A stretch of 63,900 bases of DNA, counting the filler, from Choristocarpus tenellus KU-1152 (taxonomy: Eukaryota > Protista > Phaeophyceae), in assembly GCA_964200185.2 (NCBI GenBank). It is 8 parts of 8 records of this genome, joined end to end, with 100 filler letters (N's around TTAATTAATTAA, not from the genome) between each part and the next. Parts side by side here need not be neighbours in the genome. Positions count along the whole stretch, not along the records: positions 47,186 to 56,346 come from CAXNAD020003927.1; positions 56,447 to 60,666 come from CAXNAD020015623.1; positions 60,767 to 63,900 come from CAXNAD020022083.1; 5 more parts are not named here. One strand, given 5' to 3'. The notes below the pieces were generated by a model. The model worked only from the letters and a program-made list of their open reading frames with translations. It was not told the DNA's origin and ran no database searches. A program made the translations under genes and the position numbers. Of this stretch, positions 51,736 through 63,900 are shown one piece after another; position 1 is the first letter of the stretch, and every line of letters begins with the position of its first letter.

Positions 51736-54700
51736 GTGAGCTGTAGGCAGTCCAAGGCTTGGGAAGGCAGAGGATTCCATAAGTATTTCCTGGGGTGGAG
51801 GGACTGTCTGCTGTGTTGATGGTTGTGCTGGTGAAGTGTGCCCTATGATTGTAGAGCATCTTGCGACCTGCTTATAGGCTGCATAACCTTCCAAGAAAAA
51901 TCAAACCCTTACTTTCTAGGATAACTGCTTGAAGAAAACTCTTAAGGCTGTCCTGCTTCTTTAGTTTCTGTCCTATGTTCTGAGAATACCTTGGTAAATT
52001 ATGCGCCTAGAATGGAACAATTCCTGGGAATAGCTGATGTTATAGACAGCAACTAAGGTATTTTTTGAAGTATCTCAGGCAGACAAGATGGTCAATCCAA
52101 GAGTGGAAATCCTAACTTCATCCGGGTGTGTGGTTCTAGTCTAATTATTGAGTCAACTATGGTTAGGGTTAGGGTTAGGGTTACAGCAAACACTGCTAGG
52201 AGAAAATTCGAGGTCTGACTGGAGATAGAGCTCATCAAGGTGCAGAAACCATTCTTAGAAATTTTCAAAATTGGACAGAGAAGTGAGGTGAAGAGTGTTC
52301 TGATTTTGTCAGGTTTTATCGCTGGAAACTAGAACTAGAACTAGAACTAGAACAGAGGAAAATATTTTTCAGGGCTGTTTTGGGAGATGAAATTTAACCT
52401 CGTTTTTTTTCCATCCCCTCAAAGTCTAACCCTAACCCTGACCCTAATCCTCGCAAGAAAGGAGGAAAAAAAGAAAAGAGGATTCACTCTGAACCAACAC
52501 TTCTGAGTTGCTTTGGGATGCTTTGTAGATATCTATTGCCACAAGTGTTTGGGTATCTGGGCCTTACGGTGTGAGCTCTGGGTCGTGCAATATCATCTGA
52601 GAAAATATTATGTACTATGTGGTCCGTGCAGAATGGTGTTATGAACAGGTTGCCCTCCGTAGAATTAGTTAATGCATCAAATAGCTTACGTGTGTGTCAA
52701 TTACTGTATTATTGTAAGCTGTTGTCATTTCCAATCTGGGTCATGTGCAACATGTTGCCATTTCTGGAGTATTCAGGTTTATTTGAGATAATAATGGCCT
52801 GAAATATTACCAATTGTCACTGAAGATTGGTTTTGGAATCCTCTGATCAAGCCCCTCGATGTGATCATTTTTTCATAGGTCCACATCCTAAGGCTGATAT
52901 ACATATATACTGGCATGTGTATGTATACGTGTGTATGTATATGTGTGTATGTATATTGATTGTCTTATGCACAATTGAAGAGGTGAGTTTGCATGGACCA
53001 CACTTGTATGTTTCAGTGCATGTTTCAAAGGAACTATGCTGTTAGATTGTTTGAGATTGAGAGCAAGTGGCAATGGTAAATATATGTGTAGTGCAGGAGT
53101 CTCTGTGATCCTTGGATGTCAAAATTTGGGCTGTGGCCTCAGTAGCACGGTGGTACCTGAAGGTGTTGAGAGAGTCGATGGCCAAGCCACATCCAGACTT
53201 GGTTTGTGGTCCATCATCCCACTAGTCTCTGTGTAGTCCCTGAGTGGTCACATGAGTCATTCGCCACTAAGAAAGCAGTCTTGTTTGAAACTATTGCCTA
53301 TGGGTGTGGTGTGGTGTTCTCCCTTTGTTTTGACATTGAGAGTCACTCTGGCAAGACAAGTGCAAAGCTGCTTTGGCATTAGAATGAATTGTGTTTGACG
53401 CATTGGCTTATCTAGCTTATCTCTTCTTTTTGGCATGCTAGCGCTGCAGATGATGACATGGACATACCTGTTTGATACAACAGCTGTAGAAGTGTGTACG
53501 CACCTGTATTGTATTTACTGTGGGCGTGACATGGACACTAGGAATGGGTGAAAGTGTATGTTAGAGGTTTGGAGCTGAAGTAGGTTACGACTTTTGCTTC
53601 CCACAGGGTTAGTTGTTTTTTTTAATTTCACCTACTTCGAAGTGTTTTGGAGTAAGTAAAAAAAAATGTTTACGTTTTTGGAGTAGGTATCGTGTTTATG
53701 TCCGGAACAAGGATATTGACACTTCCTAACACGATAGCTAACACGATAGCCAAAATTACACCAAAAAATTGCAACATTGGATTTTGGCCCCCAAGCGGAC
53801 TCGGCTCTACCCTAACCCTTACATTATTTTCCCTAAGATAATTTCACTTGGATACCTAAACTACCGCCACTCCTTGCATGGAGGCATATGTGACGGAAGA
53901 GTGCTTTCAAGTCAGGCCTAGTGGAGTGCATCCTGGTCTCTCCAAGAAATCGCATACTTTGTCGAATACGAGGATTAATTCTTGACCTTATCAGAATGTT
54001 CCTTCTGGGCAGGGGGACTAGCAGCTTTTAAAACATTCACCATGTGGTCCGTCGGCAGTCTCTTTTTGGCAGTTACATATTTTAATAGATAAAAGTAGAC
54101 ATGTCTTTGATCTGTGTAGCAGGCCATACCCCCAAGTGTATGTTGTAGTCAGTGCAGTGCCTTGTGTGCGGGATTAAAAAAAAAAAAAAAAACTTTTTTT
54201 TTTCAAGGGTGTGTGCTCCCTTCGCTTTGCCTTGGTTGTTATTTCTTGGAGCCATGAGGTTGGTTGTTTGTGGAGGTTTCGCTTCGGTGTTGGCTTTGGT
54301 GCGTATGACATGAAGGTATGACATGAAGGTATGACATGAAGGTAAAAGATTTAGTTTGGACCAGTGTCAACGAAGAGGAACCCACCCCCCTTGTTCTATG
54401 AAAGTGGACAAACCCAAAAAATAATACTATTTATGGCAATTCTCCGAGTCGCTTGTGCTGATCGGGATGGGTTTGCACTGTAGAGAAGTGTGGACTCTTG
54501 AGAGTACTTGAAAAACTTGAGTAATCACAGAAGTGATCCTATCAACACACCCAGAGTAGTGGAGTGTTGTCAATTCTATGAAGCTGTAATTTTTGAAAAA
54601 AAATAAAATAGTGTTCTGTGAGGCATGTGGACTCACATCTCAACCAACCCCCACCCTCGGGTTTCCACTTTGAATTTGGCGTCTTGTATTGTACAACGGC

Positions 54701-55947
54701 ATACGAACCAGAATAAGATAACTATTGGTTGCTTTTTCTTACATGCCTCGAGTTCTTGCTGTGGGTGCCTTTTTTTTTGTGGGGGGAGGCAGGGATGTTG
54801 TCAAATCTTAAAGTTTTTGTTGTTCCACTTCTACATAATAATGATAATAATAATAATAATGTTTACGATAATTCAAACTAGTACAGTATATTTTGTTGTT
54901 GAATTTTTATTATTATTATTGTTATTATTATTATCGGTTGTGAACAGCGAGGGTTCCTCTTACAAGTCGGATTAATGATTAATGTCAATAATAATAATTA
55001 TTACTATTATTTTCCATTCCACGCAACTTCCTCACTACCAAGTTTAGTGTTGGTTGTAACACTGCAGCTCTGAGATGGTTGACAACATTGTTGTGGGGAT
55101 AAGGTTTGGAACAACTATGAGAGGGGGTCCTCAAGGCTATTGATAGTACATAGTGCATAGTGCATAGTACATAGTACATCTGTATATCCTCAAGGCTATT
55201 GATATTGATAGAAACATAGTGCATAGTGCATAGTACATCTGGGTGCTTGCTCCAGAAAGAGTCTTACACGTTGCCCCCATGTCCAACTCGATCAGTTTAC
55301 TTACTCTCCTTCAACTTTTTTTTTTACGTACTGAACGGGGTCCTGCCCACCCCACTCTAGGGTTAGGGTATGTGACTGCACCAGAAGATGGTTTTCTTGC
55401 ATGAATATTATATTGCATCAGAGGACCTCTCCTTGCAGACTGTGCTGTCTTCATGTCCTTGTGTACATACAGCATGAAAAGCACCCCATCCACACCTTCG
55501 TCGGTGTGTTTTCTTTTTTTTTCTTAGCCCGGTTGGTATTGTCTGGTTTTTGCACAAAAACGCTAACATTATATTGTATTGTTTTACTATTTTGAGCCCC
55601 CAAACCCTTACCCTTGTCCTCTATTTACTGTCCTAACCCTATTTACCAAGTGTCACTATCGTTTGTTGGACGTAAGCTGTGTACTTGTAGCTCTGATGAA
55701 ATCAGCTTTAGGGAACAGAAATGGGCCTGATGTGTCTGGGGCCTCAGGGTTGACTGAAGGTGTAGTGTAGAAGGAAACAAGAGTCGTAATCACACTCAGG
55801 GTTAGGGTTAGGGTTAGGACTGGATTGACTAGGTGATGCGCCTTTGTGTTTTGTTTGCCTGGATGTGAATTTTTTGTATTGTGTATTTTTTGTAATGAAC
55901 TCACTGCCATTGAGAGATAGAAAGAAAACTTACTTTTTCCTCAGGCT

Positions 55948-55976
<29 letters not shown>
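55948..55976. repeat. (GT)n microsatellite
   Basis: Perfect tgtgtg run. Confidence 0.9.
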
Positions 55977-55978
<2 letters not shown>

Positions 55979-56346
55979 CTTATTCTGTGCACCTTTTCTG
56001 TGTTATGATGTGTACCTTTCTAATGATTCGGTGCTTGAGCACCTGTCAATTAATCTGCTTCACTGATGGGTTTTCCTGATCTGTCTAAGGCCTCCACTTT
56101 CAACATTGGTGAGTATGTGCATTGTCTCAGCTACATGACAGGACAGTTCAATCTGTAAAACCAAGCATTTTGTGCCCACCAACTTGCAACCCTGCTCACT
56201 CCATCTTGCACACACTACATCACAGCAAGACTTACATCTCACTGATCCATTCTTGCTGCCTATCAGTCCTTCACCCCCCCCCCTCCCCCCCGGACAACTC
56301 ACTCACCTTCCACCCTCCCTCCCATGCCTGCTGTTGCAACACTTCC

Positions 56347-56446
56347 NNNNNNNNNNNNNNNNNNNNNNNNNNNNNNNNNNNNNNNNNNNNTTAATTAATT
56401 AANNNNNNNNNNNNNNNNNNNNNNNNNNNNNNNNNNNNNNNNNNNN
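56347..56446. other. Artificial contig linker
   Basis: N44-TTAATTAATTAA-N44. Confidence 0.97.
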
Positions 56447-57360
56447 TCTGGGTGCTTGATATTGATCAGAGCCTTGCATAGCATATAGGAGATGGTGATG
56501 GCATTGTGGCGTAGATGACCATATGTGGTACAGTGTGATGTGAACTGTTAAGGAAACTGATAACATCATTATTTATTTTTACTTTTTCTGTCAGAGGTAC
56601 ACCTCGTACTTACCTGCTCCCCATCAGAATTCAGTCAGCAGCAATTAAGATTTTTGAATTATGAGAATTAGTGGCCTGTGCAAGTTCAGGCTATACACGT
56701 ATGTAAAGCTATAGATCCCCAGATTGAGGTCTTTGTAGAAAGAGAAGGATCGTTTGGCCACTTTTTCCTGCGTTAGGGGGCAGTAGATAGGAAAGGATTG
56801 CACAGGATCAGCATCAGTGCACGTCTTGATAAGAAGTACTCCGGAGTACCACATCCTGCTTTGTGGGGCACGCTACATAGCAGACATGTACTTTGTTGCA
56901 TGGTTTGAACCGGTCATTGCCTTGGATTTTGTGATATTTGCTACCTTGGTGTGAGTGCAATATTCTGTCTCTGGATTCACAATCAATTTATTTTCGTGGA
57001 AGATTGTCTTGTTTTTCTACTCAAATGTCCTTTTTCGCTGTCTTGGTTTTGGGACACCGTTTTCAATGTATCACAGATGTTCAGAAGATGCACTGCAAGT
57101 GGGGCTATCGGGCTATCTGCAACGCAGTTCAGATGTTTGTAGCATGTCATTGGGGAACCGATGAGGAAGAAGAGTGGGTTTTGGGGGTGGTCTTGATGTT
57201 GATGCTAGGTTTCTGAAGGTTCTTACACCAAAATGACTTAGCCTCGGCTCCCTACCAACAACCAGATGAGCGGCTAATCTATAAAATGCTCTGTCAAACC
57301 TTACCTATCACTAGAGGTAAACAGGTAACTAATCGAGTGTCCCCATCCGTTGTTTTGCAG

Positions 57361-57540
57361 GCATCAGATCATCAACTCTCTGTCAAGGAGCTGACAGAAC
57401 AGGTAATGAAATTGACAGGACGGACAGGTGATGACAAATTGAAACGATCATTCAGGCGCCTCCTCAAGACAGGCTCAATTGAACAGGTAACTGTGAATGA
57501 TAAGGTAGTACGCTACATGAAGAAGACCAAGAAAACGTAA
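57361..57540 (+). CDS. Terminal exon of a basic protein, resembling the LYAR C-terminal domain
   Basis: Strong acceptor gttgttttgcag, then ASDHQLSVKELTEQVMKL...LKRSFRRLLK...VTVNDKVVRYMKKTKKT*. The LYAR resemblance is by eye only. Confidence 0.4.
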   Translation, partial: ASDHQLSVKELTEQVMKLTGRTGDDKLKRSFRRLLKTGSIEQVTVNDKVVRYMKKTKKT

Positions 57541-59692
57541 TTGGATGAATGGAGCATCTGAGAAGGATGTCTACTTGAAGAAAGTGAGTTTTGTGGTGGA
57601 GGGTGTTGACCGTCACCCCCGTCATGAATTTTGTGTTGTATGTGTTGATCGGTTTGCTCACTCAGCCTGGTTGCGGAACTGTGGGCCACCTGCAGGATGC
57701 GGAAATTTTTTCCACGAAAAGTTGTATCTCAAGACTTAATATCATAGGATTTAACACAGACCAAGTTGTTTATTCAATTACCTTGTAAGCGACTACCTGT
57801 TTACTTCATTGCACCAACCCTTTGTCAATCTCCTATCTTGCTCTCTCGCTACAATGTCCATAGGCATTTGCAATTGGCTGCGGTCTGCTCTCTGCTTTGG
57901 TCTACTGTAGGATGTACAGCTGGCACAACCCATGTGGGTAGCTAGGTGTGTGTGTGCACCAGCAGAGGTCTTTTTTGCAGTGTTTGGATTGATTCCCGTG
58001 TGTTGTAAACTGTTTTGCTGGCATCATTGTGTTCCAGTCTTCCTCTCCTAAGCACTTTCTACCATGAAGGTGTTGAGATTATTACCGTGGGGATCAAAAA
58101 AGCCTTCCAGATCTATACGAGCAATAAAGTGGCAAAAAAATGCATGCATTGTGCTATTATATACTATACTTCGTGGCGTTCCTACCTTGTGGAGGTCCTG
58201 CTGAAACAATTTCTGGATTGCATAGTGAAGATATCCGATTGTCTTAGCTATGAGCAGATGATCTTCTGGAGATGTAAGTTGTCAACCGTTTGCCCCTTTT
58301 CCTGTTGAAAGCTTACTTTCAGATTGAGTGAGTTGATGTTACTCAGGTTGACAAGTATTTCGAGAGCAGCTTCTGGAGATAAATGAGGTGATGAGGTGAC
58401 AAGCACAGAGTCCCATGATCTCGCTCTTGTGCATACATGACTCTTGTGGTTGTAGTGTGTTGATCAATTCTGCAGATAGCTTGGGCCTTGTTGCTCGCTT
58501 GTTTCATGCACTCCAGAGTAGTTAATTCAGTGAGATTTCGCAACTCAGTAGTCTCTTGTGACGATTTTGATACCTAAATTTGCCCTTTTTCCAATGTACT
58601 AGTAGTAGAGTGGTATATATGTCGTAGTATGTTGTGTTCACCTATCAGAATGTATCAACTACCATGTGTAAGAACTTTAAGGAAGGACAAGTATATTTGC
58701 TGTGATGATGCGGGAAGTGCTCCCAGTCAAGAGCAAGGTAGTTGAAGGCTGGAGCAACAGGTGATGGTGACTGCAGAGATGGGGCAGACAGCCCTGTTGA
58801 AGGAGTATTTGTGCGGATCCTGTGGCAGCAGTTGGCTCCCTAGTACATTGCTTTGTTAGGCAAGTCACTGAAAAACGACATAATTTTTGCTATGGATAAA
58901 TCTGTTTTATTTGCATTGGTCCCTACGGAAACTTTCTTGGGTACATTCTCCTGTACGTACTTGACAATACCACGCTCCTTCTCCCACAATCAATGAAACT
59001 TCCCTCTTAGTTATTCACTACATGCAGCCCAAAGGAACAATGTAGCATCCTGCATTACTATCATTGGCCTATCATCTGTCCCATTGAGGCCACCATGGAA
59101 CATTGTCGGGAGTTTCCCCTCTGGCTCCTTGACATTACAAATATGCAATACATGCATGCTCGACTATATTGCTCCTCCCATAATGAACGAAACCTCTCTG
59201 CCACTTCACTACCTACTCCCACTGGACAAATCAGAGTAGGGGGGTGGTATCCATCCAAGGCAGAATCAAACAGACAACGGCACTCTTTTCTCTCACTTCA
59301 CAGAGATTTCCTGATCCTGATAGTCTAGAGACGTCACGGTTTCTTCCGAAGTGTGAGTGTGCAATCAAGTCAAAATTGAAACAAGACCGCCAACCTTTGA
59401 CCAAGTACATACATCATCATGGGTAGTAGCGCATACTTTAGTCAAGGTGTTACGTACTCTGTAGTAGTAAATTCGAAATACTGATGCTCATTAGGCCTTT
59501 CCTTATTACACATCCTACTTCCTGTGGCCACTTATTGCCCTTCAGCCCACGACCTGTACCACCCTGTGCAAGTGTGACCCCCTTGCCCCCACAGGGTCAC
59601 AGTTCTCTGGTCACGAGCTCTGCCGGTGAACAAAGGCCACCTGTTGGCCGCAAATAGGTGGGTGTAGTCTGGGAGGGGGTTGAACCGCCCAA

Positions 59693-59880
59693 TTGACGGG
59701 GTTCTCCTGGATTCAGTGCAGTGCACTGCATCTAGAACTACAAATTCATGTCCGCCACATTTGCCGATCACCGGGCTTCCTGACCATCAGGGCTGATGAC
59801 ACCACACCTGTGTTGGTCATGGGCTTCACCTGTTTGCTCTTTGGTTGGATACCAATGGGACAGTCACCACAGCATCAAGT
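59693..59880 (+). mobile_element. Possible reverse-transcriptase remnant (DIRS/Ngaro-like)
   Basis: GFTCLLFGWIPMGQSP resembles the F..LPFGW..SP RT motif; nothing else is recognisable. Confidence 0.25.
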
Positions 59881-60666
59881 TTTGGTAGGAACTGGATCAT
59901 CTACACATTGTACGCAAAAGAGCATTCATTCACTGCAGCAACTCCTTGCACTGTGGACAATTCTCTACTGTTCCCTTACATGCAATCTTTACCATTGGGG
60001 TTTAGAAAGTTTCTTTGGATTATTCCCTGTTTCTTGACTATCTTTGCAGCGCTAGTTGAGAGGCGCAATTGTAGAGCGATGTTCGTTGTCGGAAGTACAC
60101 AACAACAACAACAACAACGATGGTACTGCAGTACAGCATATCAAATTGCCAGTTCAGTAGAGCAAAAACAGAAACCTGTGAAAATATTCTCTCTCTAATT
60201 CTGTAATTTCTTCCACCCCCCCCCACACGACAAAATGTCTGGAAGGGGTAAAACAATAAATACCCTCCAAAGAACTAATGTATTATGTACAGAGTGTAAG
60301 TTGTAGAGCGCGTTCATTAGTTGACAAAAGGTGTCTCTTGTCTCTTGCTTATGGAGCTCAAGGTAGAGCACTGTCTGATCTCCAATCCTGCTGTAGCACT
60401 CCGTGAGCAATTTAATCAAAATTCGGAATTAACCAAAAACTTTGGACGTAGGATGTAGACACTGGCTCAAAGTATCTAGTTGGAGGTGGTGACTATCCAT
60501 TCGGGGTCTATTTTTTCATGTCGCGATTTTGGGGTGATTTGGTTGCATACGTTGGATGGATAATGCAATTCCTGGTTTAGGTCCAAATGGAAACCCTGGT
60601 GTAGACCCCCCCCCCCCCCCCCCCCCTCGCCACCCGCAGCCCACACGCCCCACCTCCCCCCCCCCC

Positions 60667-60766
60667 NNNNNNNNNNNNNNNNNNNNNNNNNNNNNNNNNN
60701 NNNNNNNNNNTTAATTAATTAANNNNNNNNNNNNNNNNNNNNNNNNNNNNNNNNNNNNNNNNNNNN
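60667..60766. other. Artificial contig linker
   Basis: N44-TTAATTAATTAA-N44. Confidence 0.97.
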
Positions 60767-61088
60767 CGGTGATTCTCTTCGCCACCCTTGCCTGAGTGAA
60801 CCACGCCGCCACAGAATCACAAGATTCACGTACCCTACAGATAATTAATAATTCAGTATATGCTTTACCATGTAATTCAAGTGCTACCTTCCGGCGACGA
60901 GCCTTATGTGCACCAAGCTTTTCAACACGCTTAAGCGCCTTAACATAAACTCTGGCCAGGGGAGGCACAGCCGGACTGGTTTTTGAATTAGGTATTGCAT
61001 CACTCATGACTTCTGATGGGTCTCACACGGGGTCAGAAGAAACTCATCAGAGTGGGTGATAAAGATTTAATCTAGAAGGAAGCTGTGG

Positions 61089-63900
61089 ATGAAGATGAGA
61101 CCACCAAGGCCAGCGTTCGAGAGCTACATCACAGCAAGCTGCTCGTTCGCGCTACGTTTCACTCCAACGAGAGGTAGGAGATCGCGGAGAGCCCGGGAGT
61201 GCTCTGGCCGCGAGGACCGTGAAAACGACTGGCCGAGGTGGCAGCCGGGGTATGATGGTCATCGTATTGACCCTGGGATGACAGGATTCCGTTCCATGGG
61301 GCTTACCAAGGCCCGAGAGACTTGTGATATGTGTGGATTGGTTAGATATTTCGGTTCCAGTAAATCTGAAGGACCGTGTTACAGCTGCGGGAAGAATGGC
61401 CTCCCGTTCGAGCTGTTTGCCCTCAGAGGAGGGCAGGCTCTTCAGAGGAGGGCAGGCTCTCAGAGGAGGGCAGGACCACCAAAGTCGGTGGGAAGATCAT
61501 ATCGCCAGAGGGCGAATCCATTAGAGTCGGCGGGGATACTAACTGAACCAGACGAACCAGCTAGGGAAGGAAGGAAGTTCAAGACCATGTTAGCCACTGT
61601 GGCAGATTATGGCAAGATGAGATTGAATGCTTTCGAAACGTGGAGTTTTGAGTCGGGTGCTTCCAATAGTGTAACGAAAGACTCACAGTGCATGTATGAC
61701 TTCACCACATGTCCACAAGGCCACAACATGACCTTGGCTGACGGCGCATCAATACCCATTATGGGGTATGGCAAGATTGATTTAAATTTCAATGTTGGCC
61801 GCGATGAGTGGGTGCATGTTACTCTGACGTCTGTTGCATTTGTCCCGAAAGTAGCTTTCAGTCTTCTCGCTTCTCATTCTGCTAGTAGGGATAAGGAAGT
61901 GGATAGCAATGAAGATGTTGATGGGGTGGTTGAGGTCAAGGACAGCCAATGTGAAAGGGAATTGCGACGACTCAGCATTGGCAATGGTGAAGACAACATC
62001 CTTCCCCACCGCACCAGATCAGGCAATCATCCTACTTCCGCCTAAGCTGCTGTTTTTGACATGCCCAATTTTTATGACTTCTTTGTCTGTTTCGATAGAG
62101 ACTACCCTTGTGATGTGTGCGAGTGATGATTCTATTAGAGTGTTAGCGGATGAATTCCCTCCAGAACCCAAGACTGTAAGAGCAGCACGTAGCTCTCCTG
62201 AATGCGATTTATCGGATCGAGCTAGAGCAGGAGAGATGTCTGGTTTGTTGCTGAATAATGTTTGGGTGGAGGCCGTATTACCCCCTGGACACAGGGCTAT
62301 AGGCACTAAATGGATTCACAAGCGTAAGACTAACAAATTTGGTGAGGTAGTTAGATACAAGGCACATTTGGTAGCAAAAGGTTTTCGACAGATTGGGGGC
62401 TTAGATTATCAAGATACCTTGTACCAACACCGTCCCCTGCATCTTTGAGAATGGTTTTAGCTTTAGCTGCAGACAAGGATTGGTAATTGAAACATTGGGA
62501 TGTGAAACAAGCATTTATACAAGCAGATATTAGGGAAGAGATTTTTGTTCGTTTATGTGATGGATGTGGTAAATGGTCTGGAAAGATTGTGCGTTTGTTC
62601 AAGGCACTTTATGGCACCAAACAGGCAAGCAGAGAGTTTAATAATCTGTTGGTGCACGTTTTGGAAAAGTGTGGTTTTGAGCAATGCCTTGTGTGTTACA
62701 CTATATAAGAGATGGCGTTATTTGTGCTGTGATAGCCCCCCACGTAGATGATCTATTGCTAGCTGGTAAAATTGATGTTTTGATTTGGGTTCTCTCTAGG
62801 ATCAAAGAGCAGTTTTCCATTTAAGACTTTGGTGATATTGAGTATTATATGGGTTGTTGCGAGATTTCATGTGACAGAAATGCACAGACTGTCACCATCA
62901 GTCAGACTAGGTACATTAAGAGTGTTTGTCAAAGATTTGGTATGGATGGGGCAAAGAAGAGGTCGGTACTCCATGATCTCTCAAGGATCTAGAGAAGAGT
63001 GAGAATCATCCAAGTTTTGATGAAAATATATTGTACAGAGAAGCGTTTGGTAGTTTGATGTGGGCATCAGTTATGACCAGACTTGATATTACAAATGCAG
63101 TTCGTGAAGCTGCCAAGTACAGTAGCAATCCCAAAGTCACACATTGGCGTGCAGTGAAATGTATTATAGCATATTTGAATGCATGTCCCAGTGTTGGATT
63201 GAGTTTTGGTGGTTTTGATACTGAGTGTGAGTTGAGTGTGTAAGCTGATGCTAGTTATGCTGGAGACTGGAATGATCGTAGATCAGTGACTGGAGGAGCA
63301 ATCATGTTTGCAGGAGGAGCAATATCTTGGATGTCAAAGGTATAAAGAGTTATAGCTCTGTCTTCCACAGAGAGTGAATACATAGCTCTTAGTAGTGTGG
63401 CACAGGAATTACTTTTCTTGAGAAGTGTTTTTTTTGTAGTTTATTCAGCAACAGTTTCCTTGGCGTGGCATTGATTTGTTTGAGGATAACGATGGTGTAT
63501 GCAAACTAGTACGAAATGCCACAAGCTCTACTAGAACAAAGCACATTGATGTCCGACATCATTTTCTGAGGGATTTGTCTAGAATAGGAGAGATTCGTGT
63601 TGTTTTTGTTGGTACTGCAAATCAGAGGGCAGATGTATTGACCAAGAATTTGACAGTTTGAGTTTTTAGACAATATACAAAGTTTTTGATGAACATGTGA
63701 CACAACATGTGTGTTTTATTTTTGTTGAGATTGTTTGAGAGTTAATACTTGTTTTCAGCAAAGGGAAGATGTGGAATAACCTAGTGTTATCCTTACGTTA
63801 TCTGTGCTGATCCAAGTAAACAACATAGCTTATATGTACGTTGATCTTTAGTTTAGTACAATACAAGGTAGTAACGTACACAGCGGTATGTTATGGTGAG
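61089..63900 (+). mobile_element. Degenerate Ty1/copia LTR retrotransposon (gag knuckle remnant, protease, RT, RNase H, PPT, 3' LTR start); integrase missing
   Basis: CYSCGKNG; WSFESGASNSVT (protease); AIGTKWIHKRK...RYKAHLVAKGFRQ, WDVKQAFI, KALYGTKQASREFN, HVDDLL, YREAFGSLMW; ADASYA, ALSSTESEY, EDNDG, RTKHIDVRHHFLR, QRADVLTK. Many stops and frameshifts. Confidence 0.95.
63757..63900 (+). repeat. Polypurine tract (63757-63769) and start of the 3' LTR (TG at 63770), truncated by the window end
   Basis: agcaaagggaaga directly followed by tgtggaataacc, ~60 bp after the end of RNase H. Confidence 0.7.

Overview
This is eukaryotic, intron-rich genomic DNA, most likely from a brown alga or close stramenopile (inferred from an EsV-1-7-type Cys/His repeat, flagellar CFAP58, short exons with ~1 kb introns and TTAGGG-type motifs). 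The window is not one locus. It is eight short contigs joined by seven identical 100-bp N-TTAATTAATTAA-N linkers, so adjacency across linkers carries no information. Contig 1 holds the 3' 13 exons of importin-4, with repeat-rich introns. Contig 2 holds an intronless 22-repeat PPR gene with fossil repeats past its stop, plus the last exon of a DHHC palmitoyltransferase. Contig 3 holds five CFAP58 exons, with two GC-AG introns. Contig 4 holds a spliced four-exon bacterial-type amino-methyltransferase (DPFVGGGT ... LTSPPY, the N4-cytosine signature). Contig 5 holds a decayed, intron-containing Sola-like transposase paired head-to-head with a spliced ParB/Srx-like (DGNHR) gene across ~245-bp tandem repeats. 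Contig 6 holds pogo and mariner remnants and the start of an EsV-1-7-repeat gene. Contig 7 holds a LYAR-like last exon. Contig 8 holds an integrase-deleted Ty1/copia element with PPT and 3' LTR start. The best leads are the N4C-type methyltransferase and the ParB-carrying transposon. All calls come from manual translation and motif recognition; no searches were run.
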